64,000 nt of DNA from a virus, in IMG/VR virus record IMGVR_UViG_3300035698_022389, positions 32,001 through 96,000 of that record; one strand, 5' to 3'. Of the stretch, positions 57,677 through 64,000 are shown piece after piece (the first letter of the stretch is position 1; the number at the start of each line of letters is the position of its first letter). The notes under the pieces are model-generated. The model saw only the letters and a list, made by a program, of their open reading frames with translations, had not been told where the DNA came from and made no database searches. The translations under genes were made by a program, and so were the position numbers.

Positions 57677-60585
57677 TGGCAGATGCACCCCAATGGGGCA
57701 CACTAACAATTGAAGTTCCTGATTTCCTGGAATCTACCCGAGATGCTATTAACAGTGTGGCTGAGTTCCTGGTTACGATGTTGGATATCGTGTTGGCAGC
57801 CCTTCAGTTGGTTAAGGCATTTTTAACAGCTTTTATTGACCCCATCCTATCACTTATCCAGAAAATCATTGATGAGCTAAACGCTCTCATACAAGACATT
57901 CGTCAGATGGGTATTTATATCACTGGTGATTGGAAATTGTTTGATTATCCTTTCGATGACCTTCGTGGAGGTTACAACGAATATGAACGTCGGATGGCCG
58001 TCAGGTTGACTGATCGTACTGATCCAACTCGGCCCAACCTATCTGGTCGCACGAAAGTGTTTGGGTTATTTTTCTACCTCTCGGTAGACATCTCAGATAT
58101 TCAACGGTTGGTTGCATTTGTCATGAGGCTGATTGGGTTCTTTAAACAGGATTGGTCGGCCAATACACTTCCTTCGGTACATATTACGGATGTCAGGTAT
58201 GGCCTCGATACCGTTAATATTATGAATCCTGTGTCATTGGGGGATGCTTTTACCCAGATGGCTCAGTCTGGTATTTCTGGTGATGTACCTAACATTGCAC
58301 AGGTTCGGTTCAAGACACATACTCCTAACAAGAATAGTCCTTTTAATCCATTCCCTGCAAACATGCTGGGTCCTGATGGTTTCGTCATTACGGTTTCCAC
58401 TTATCCTGATGGTATTCAGGTTAAATATGATAAGCCCCGATTGAATACAACGACCGAACCCAATATTAAAGATTCAAGTAAGCAGGTTCAGCCTCGTGAT
58501 TATGGGGCTGTTCGTGGAACAGACGGAAAACCTGTGGTTCTATATGGTGGTCAAGGAATGATGGAGCTGCCTGCTTCTCTGGGTTATAATCATGGGACAA
58601 AAAATGGTGGCCCTGTTACAGGAAGTACCCGAATTTATGGGTATTCTAACCCTGCGGACAATGCCCCTATCCCTCTTGATGATATGGGGAGTTATTTCCA
58701 GAAAACTTTCTGGATGGATCAAACTGATGTAGCATTTCAGTCTTTCACAGGTGAATATGTTTTCAACATGAAATTGGCTGAAATGCCTTTAGTTGGAGAT
58801 ATAAAAGTCAAGAGTGACGGTAAAGTTGAGATTCTTCCTCTTGTTGCTACTGCCGAACATGCTGGGACAGTCCATGTCAGGATAGCTGCTGTAAATAAAG
58901 CAGCCCTTGAAAAATTTAAATATAACTTTGGAGATTCCAAAGTCACTACAATGGCAGCTGCTCCAGGATATGTGGTTGTACCTCCTAAAACTGGGTGTGG
59001 GGATGTTTCTGATATTGGCCAGTGGTCCAGACCTCAACGGGTAACGTTCCCAAATGCTAACACAGCAGCATATCTTCAGGCTGTTCAATCAGCTTTGGTC
59101 GTTTTATTCCTGTGTCGTCCTGACTTGGTGACTATGGAGGAACTCAAACAACTCCTGACACCTCAGCAAATTACTAAAATTGAAAGAGGCTTCCTCCTTA
59201 TTGAGGGGACAGCAGCTTTACCCTGTGGCTTGGAATCTTTGAAACAACTTCTTCGAGTGATGTATGATGGTGTGTATGGGCCGAGTCACCAATGGAAACG
59301 AAATGATTCCCTTCCACTGGATTTCAGACTGTCGTTAGACCGTAGGGTACGGAAATTCACTCAAGACTTATATGCTCGAACAGGTCCAATGCCAGACATT
59401 GAGGGGTTTGTAGCTGAGAGTACCGAGAAACTCCGCAGTGTAAAATGGGGAGAAATTATTGGTGCCTCCAATTGGTTCTCTTCTGACAGTGTATTCACAG
59501 ATGATTTCAAAGAGGCCACTTTGTTAGAGGCTCTCAATACCGATAATAAAGCTGGTTCCGATGTCACTTCTGGGTTGGCAGTCAATCCTTGGAGTATTGG
59601 TATCAATGCAGATGAAGCTCTGATTGCAAGTGAGTTGGTTACAGGTCGGACACCTCAGATGTTTGAGTCCACTACAGGTGACTCCGATATTGTGATTAAA
59701 CCTATAGTTCCTTTGGCAGACCTCCCCGAGTATTTGGCTACAATCCCTGCTATTTTTAAATCTACCTATGAAGCCAGTCCCGTTGTGGAGGGTGTCGTTA
59801 CAGTATCCGATGGAAATCTTAGGACAATGAATTTGATGGTACTGGGAACCAAAGAAGGTTCCGGCGACCATTCTCCTGTTGTGTTCACAGATGTACCTGG
59901 TATTAACCAGGTTATTACTGGATCAGCCGGTTTAAATGTTGAAGCAGCTTCTAATATTGTTTTTGCCCGTACTCTCTTGACAGAATATGAAGGAGGCCAG
60001 CTTATCCGTGAAGCTAAGATTGCTTTAGGTTTAGCAGGTAACCTCTGGAAACGGAATGATGATGAGGCTTGGATTGCCATCAGATTCCTGGATGTACTGC
60101 CAGGCATTGATGATTTCCTTGAAACCATCCGTAATTGGGTTCAGGCCATTAAAGATGCCATTCAATCTATTGTAGATACCATCATTAAATATATTGAGTG
60201 GTTAGAAGCCCGAATCATTGAAATCCAACAATTGATTAGAAGAATCAATGCTCTCATTCAGTCTCTCTTGGGTCATTTATTTCAGGTGCCTGCATGTTCG
60301 GCTTTAATGTGTATATCAAACGGGACGGATGGAGTGTTGTCTGATTTGATGAATTCTCAATACAAACCGAATGATGGGCCTCTGGCTTACGGGGCAGGGA
60401 TAGCATTAGTTGTCCCGTTCCTACCATCATTCGTTTACGATTTACTGTTGATGTTGTTCAAGAAGTCTGATGGGTCTCCTAGTGCAGGATCCTTAGCAGG
60501 AGAAGACCCTCCCGATGGAATCCCGTTGGAAGGTTTGCCTGGGGTTCCTGCTGAATCCCAGGATGCTCCACCTGATGTTTTATAG
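57676..60585 (+). CDS. Hypothetical virion protein with amphipathic helical termini
   Basis: 969 aa; long heptad helices at both ends and a hydrophobic segment near the C-terminus. Confidence 0.6.
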   Translation: MADAPQWGTLTIEVPDFLESTRDAINSVAEFLVTMLDIVLAALQLVKAFLTAFIDPILSLIQKIIDELNALIQDIRQMGIYITGDWKLFDYPFDDLRGGYNEYERRMAVRLTDRTDPTRPNLSGRTKVFGLFFYLSVDISDIQRLVAFVMRLIGFFKQDWSANTLPSVHITDVRYGLDTVNIMNPVSLGDAFTQMAQSGISGDVPNIAQVRFKTHTPNKNSPFNPFPANMLGPDGFVITVSTYPDGIQVKYDKPRLNTTTEPNIKDSSKQVQPRDYGAVRGTDGKPVVLYGGQGMMELPASLGYNHGTKNGGPVTGSTRIYGYSNPADNAPIPLDDMGSYFQKTFWMDQTDVAFQSFTGEYVFNMKLAEMPLVGDIKVKSDGKVEILPLVATAEHAGTVHVRIAAVNKAALEKFKYNFGDSKVTTMAAAPGYVVVPPKTGCGDVSDIGQWSRPQRVTFPNANTAAYLQAVQSALVVLFLCRPDLVTMEELKQLLTPQQITKIERGFLLIEGTAALPCGLESLKQLLRVMYDGVYGPSHQWKRNDSLPLDFRLSLDRRVRKFTQDLYARTGPMPDIEGFVAESTEKLRSVKWGEIIGASNWFSSDSVFTDDFKEATLLEALNTDNKAGSDVTSGLAVNPWSIGINADEALIASELVTGRTPQMFESTTGDSDIVIKPIVPLADLPEYLATIPAIFKSTYEASPVVEGVVTVSDGNLRTMNLMVLGTKEGSGDHSPVVFTDVPGINQVITGSAGLNVEAASNIVFARTLLTEYEGGQLIREAKIALGLAGNLWKRNDDEAWIAIRFLDVLPGIDDFLETIRNWVQAIKDAIQSIVDTIIKYIEWLEARIIEIQQLIRRINALIQSLLGHLFQVPACSALMCISNGTDGVLSDLMNSQYKPNDGPLAYGAGIALVVPFLPSFVYDLLLMLFKKSDGSPSAGSLAGEDPPDGIPLEGLPGVPAESQDAPPDVL

Positions 60586-60594
60586 GAGGTTTTC

Positions 60595-61458
60595 ATGAGT
60601 TCCTTTGATAAAATGGTATCGTGGCCAATTGGTTATTTTAGAGCTACTACCAGCTGGCTTCTTCGAAACCGAAAAGAAATCGGAGCCAGGGTAGATACTA
60701 TCAGTGCTGAAATTGACCGTATCGGTCATGTGTCCGTCGGGTATGAAGATTCTACCTCTGAGGAAGGGGAGAAAACAGAAACCAGGTCGTCTATTTCAGT
60801 TACATCTGATTCAAATGTTGGGAGATTGATGCAGGCTTATGTGGCTAATGGTGGCAATCCTTTTGATATTTCCCCATTCATGCACCCACAAGCAAGTTAT
60901 CCTCATGGTGGTGTGGTTGCTCCTCAATCTGTGGATGATAATGAGGATAAACAGCCTGTAATGATAAAAAACAATGATGGGGATATTATAGATTCTGGTT
61001 ATGGACCTTCAATGGGGGGCTGGATGAAAACTGACAGGTATTATGCAGCCAGACAGGGCGGACGTACTTCTCAGGGTAGCTTTGATGCCGATACTATTCT
61101 TACAGGAATGCACCAGGTTCGACATTGGGCAAATAAAGAAATCAAAGAACGTCTTCAGGATATGGAATGGAGAATTATTAAACAGTGTGATTTACGGGAG
61201 CAATTAATTCAGGAACGTGATGATGTTCTCGTCACTGCTTTCGGTGGTGTGGTTGGAGGAGTTCCTGAGCCTGATGAAGGACGATTTGATTCTGGTCTTT
61301 TAGTTCAAAATGTGGTTCAGGAAATGTACCAACTGATTTACCAAACGGATGATACAGGATTGGTGGAATCCTTTGCTCCTAATCCCGTGGTTCCATTGTA
61401 TGGGTTCACATTTAAGGATGTGGCTTCGGAAATGAATCGGTTTGAGATGGGGTGCTGA
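60595..61458 (+). CDS. Hypothetical baseplate-region protein
   Basis: 287 aa, SD AGGAGGT. Confidence 0.6.
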   Translation: MSSFDKMVSWPIGYFRATTSWLLRNRKEIGARVDTISAEIDRIGHVSVGYEDSTSEEGEKTETRSSISVTSDSNVGRLMQAYVANGGNPFDISPFMHPQASYPHGGVVAPQSVDDNEDKQPVMIKNNDGDIIDSGYGPSMGGWMKTDRYYAARQGGRTSQGSFDADTILTGMHQVRHWANKEIKERLQDMEWRIIKQCDLREQLIQERDDVLVTAFGGVVGGVPEPDEGRFDSGLLVQNVVQEMYQLIYQTDDTGLVESFAPNPVVPLYGFTFKDVASEMNRFEMGC

Positions 61459-61511
61459 TTCGGTGTAAAGCCTATAAAAACTACCAGTAGACCATAGGAG
61501 GAGTCTATTTC

Positions 61512-62678
61512 ATGAGTCAGGAATTTCAAATTGGGTGGCCATGTGACCATAGGACAATCGAAGAAGGGGTTCTTCTCGGTGCTGACCGACGTTCATTGCT
61601 TACTAGGCAGCCCATAGCAGGGTCAAAGACCGTCCGAGTGATGGCCAATGACGAACTGTTTATTCCGCTCGGTGGTTTGTATTCTGCTGCTCAACTTTAT
61701 GGTTCTACTTCAGGTCCGTTTGATTTAACTGAGGGAGAAGATGCTCTGACAGTTGAAACCCCAGCAGGAACTTCAACGGTTTCTTTTGGGGTCACTGGTG
61801 TTAATAGGCTGACGACTGACCAAGTTATCAAGGAAATCCAAAAACAGCAATTCACTGTTGCAGTAGTTGAAAATATCAATGGCCATCTGGTTTTTTCAGA
61901 TGGTACTACGGTAGGTCCCGATTCTTTTGTGAAAGTACAAGGGAAAGCAGCTGAGGCTTTCGGCTTTGGTTCTGCTGAGTGTAATAAAGGTGCTTCAGAA
62001 CAACGCGGTACCCGAGGTTTGCAGTTATTCCCGAGTTGGAATCTGGCTCGTCGCCCTGATGATTTAGTGAATCGTTTCCCTGTATTCGATTATCCTGTGA
62101 AAGGGAATCCTTTATTTAAGGTTTCCTACACGGTTATTCCGGAGAGATGTCTTCGATGTGGGGGTTCTTGGGTTGAGAATGATTACCGTTATGGGATTGA
62201 CGGTCAGTCCATTATGATTGAAAACGAGGATTTACTTTATCAAGCATGTCTAAAAATCCTTTTGACTGATATAGGCAGTAATCCATATCATACGTGGTAT
62301 GGAACTCGAATAATGAGTCGGATTGGGTCAAAGGCTGTGTCCGGTGTGTCCATGTTAATTAGTGAAGATGTCAGAAATGCTTTGGCTCGATACCAATCTC
62401 AGCAAGTTGAACAAGGAAAATACCAGCAGGTTACTCTGAAAGAACAGCTTTATTCAATTTTGAATGTGCAAGTTGTCCCTCACAAACAGGACCAGACGAC
62501 ATTTTTGATTGATGTGACTATTCGTAATGCTTCGGGTGACCCTGTGAATTTAAGTATTGTGTTTACGGTTCCTTCGGCAGTAGCTTTGATGGGGTCTAAT
62601 GGCCTCATGCTGGGCACGGAAGCTGTGGGTTTGGGGGCAGATAGAGTTTATCCGAACCAACTAATCATTAACGGGTGA
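61512..62678 (+). CDS. Baseplate wedge protein with C-terminal gp25/gpW-like domain
   Basis: DLLYQACLKILLTDIGSNPYHTWYGTRI...IG gp25-like motif, preceded by a CxxC. Confidence 0.7.
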   Translation: MSQEFQIGWPCDHRTIEEGVLLGADRRSLLTRQPIAGSKTVRVMANDELFIPLGGLYSAAQLYGSTSGPFDLTEGEDALTVETPAGTSTVSFGVTGVNRLTTDQVIKEIQKQQFTVAVVENINGHLVFSDGTTVGPDSFVKVQGKAAEAFGFGSAECNKGASEQRGTRGLQLFPSWNLARRPDDLVNRFPVFDYPVKGNPLFKVSYTVIPERCLRCGGSWVENDYRYGIDGQSIMIENEDLLYQACLKILLTDIGSNPYHTWYGTRIMSRIGSKAVSGVSMLISEDVRNALARYQSQQVEQGKYQQVTLKEQLYSILNVQVVPHKQDQTTFLIDVTIRNASGDPVNLSIVFTVPSAVALMGSNGLMLGTEAVGLGADRVYPNQLIING

Positions 62679-62685
62679 TGGTAAT

Positions 62686-64000
62686 ATGACAACAGAAGAT
62701 ACAAGAACACCAAAATTCTATGGGCCTGACAATGTTCTCCGATCAGAATATATTTTCTCAACGGATTTGTCATTTCGTTCATTTTCAGGGACTGTTGATG
62801 CAGACACCATAGATGTACAGGTTTCGCTTCGAAACGGGGCTTTCTCATCTGATCCTGACATGGTTTCATTTGAAGGAACCTCTTTCTCGGTCCCTAATCC
62901 TGCAGCTTTCCCTGAAGGACTTCAACTTCTTCCTGGGGAAAATATCATTTCAGTCCGTGCGGTTATGTCCAATGGGGATACCTCTCCAATTGGGTCTATT
63001 CAGGCTAATCTATCTTTAGAACGGGATGTAAAGGCAGGTGTGGTTGCTCCTAGTGGTATCTATGTTGAGCGTTTGGATAGCAAAGTTCAAGTTTACGTGG
63101 ATGGGCTTGAAGATACCAATGTGACAGGATATTTGTTCTATGCTTCTACGGAAGCTGGTGGTGGAGCAACAGGATACAAACGTATTTCAGTAGGTTCTGT
63201 GATCTCTGGGGAAGTTTATGAGAAAATTACTTCTCTTGGGGAATTAGATTTGGATGCAAATGTGCTTCGGAACGAAGATGGAAGCTTGGTTGCTGAACCT
63301 CAGTATATCCATTTGGTTAGCACTCAAGAAGACAGGGCAGGTGAGGTTCTTCAGACGGATATGAACCAACGTATCAGTATGCCTGATACATTGACTCAAT
63401 TCAGAGCCAATATGGTGTTTGACGGAGTGCAGGAGTTGAATCGGTTTTCTTTCATCCATAATCGTAAAGCTACGGCTAGTTTGACGGAAGCTTATCCTGC
63501 AGTTCCACACTCAGAATTTGCAGCCACGCTGGACACAGATCCCTTGTATTATGTGGTCACTGCTCTGTATTTGATTGACGGGAAAGAGTATGAGTCGTCT
63601 TATTCCCCTGAAGTTGGGGCAACTCCTATTATCGTGTCGCCTTTGGTGTCTGCATTACCAACAGTATCTAGGCAACAAATTGTTAAAAATGTTGCCTCGT
63701 CTATTTATCGATCACATCCAGAATTGGATATTAAACCAGGTACGATGATTAGAGATACTTTTGTTGACCCGTTCTCTAGTGAAGCTGAACGTATCCGGTT
63801 TATTTTGGGGTTCATTCAGTCTTGTCAGGCATTTTCAACCCTGTTGGATATTGATGACCCAAACCAGACGGGTATTTCCATTACTGTGAATAATTCACCC
63901 TACAAATTGGCCTTGAAACAGGCTTTTTATCTGCAATCCAACACGGATGTGCAGAATATGATTGACAATGCTTTTGATAAACTGGCCTCCCAGCGGGGTG
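62686..64000 (+). CDS. Baseplate wedge protein (gp6/J-like), 3'-partial
   Basis: Not in the ORF track because it runs off the window; the frame from ATG 62686 is open as far as I translated it and includes HPELDIKPGTMIRDTFVDPFSSEAER, a baseplate J-like N-terminal motif. Confidence 0.75.
   Translation, partial: MTTEDTRTPKFYGPDNVLRSEYIFSTDLSFRSFSGTVDADTIDVQVSLRNGAFSSDPDMVSFEGTSFSVPNPAAFPEGLQLLPGENIISVRAVMSNGDTSPIGSIQANLSLERDVKAGVVAPSGIYVERLDSKVQVYVDGLEDTNVTGYLFYASTEAGGGATGYKRISVGSVISGEVYEKITSLGELDLDANVLRNEDGSLVAEPQYIHLVSTQEDRAGEVLQTDMNQRISMPDTLTQFRANMVFDGVQELNRFSFIHNRKATASLTEAYPAVPHSEFAATLDTDPLYYVVTALYLIDGKEYESSYSPEVGATPIIVSPLVSALPTVSRQQIVKNVASSIYRSHPELDIKPGTMIRDTFVDPFSSEAERIRFILGFIQSCQAFSTLLDIDDPNQTGISITVNNSPYKLALKQAFYLQSNTDVQNMIDNAFDKLASQRG

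Noticed and set aside
18445-64000. Bacterial extracellular contractile injection system or T6SS locus
   Set aside because: Neck/adaptor genes, a long tape measure, phage-type accessory genes and tight viral gene packing indicate a phage; no AAA+ ATPase, TssJLM or host genes are seen.
1-64000. Alternative genetic code, tRNA or rRNA genes
   Set aside because: Long ORFs tile the window under the standard code with all three stop codons used; no cloverleaf or rRNA-like segment was recognised in the short intergenic gaps (not scanned computationally).

Overview
This window is the virion-morphogenesis region of a large contractile-tailed phage (myovirus-like, probably jumbo-sized), read in the standard genetic code and almost entirely on the + strand. 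Gene order: small head-region genes, neck/head-tail adaptor, a cluster of small AT-rich accessory genes, neck/tail-completion genes plus an actin-like ATPase, tail terminator, a 1776-aa tail sheath, a ~5.4-kb accessory island, tail tube, two chaperone-like ORFs, tape measure, tube-initiator/hub/spike genes, a 3926-aa structural protein and baseplate wedge genes (the last runs off the window). Three things stand out. (1) The putative neck/adaptor protein is broken into three consecutive genes (1335-3451) whose pieces carry two paralogous, atypically split inteins (short 31-32 aa IntN, 131 aa IntC), predicting three-piece protein trans-splicing into one 322-aa protein. (2) Seven accessory genes and one relic share a portable ~25-aa peptide (LRxxLVKLAxxNPxLRKHLVPLLKxA, 10 copies) fused to unrelated domains, with DNA-level traces of shuffling; it may be a capsid-targeting tag. 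(3) Three internally deleted tnpB (IS200/IS605-type) elements all sit in the same ~33-bp palindrome, and a half-site of it lies between the halves of the second split intein. Product calls come from motif recognition and synteny only; no database searches were run.
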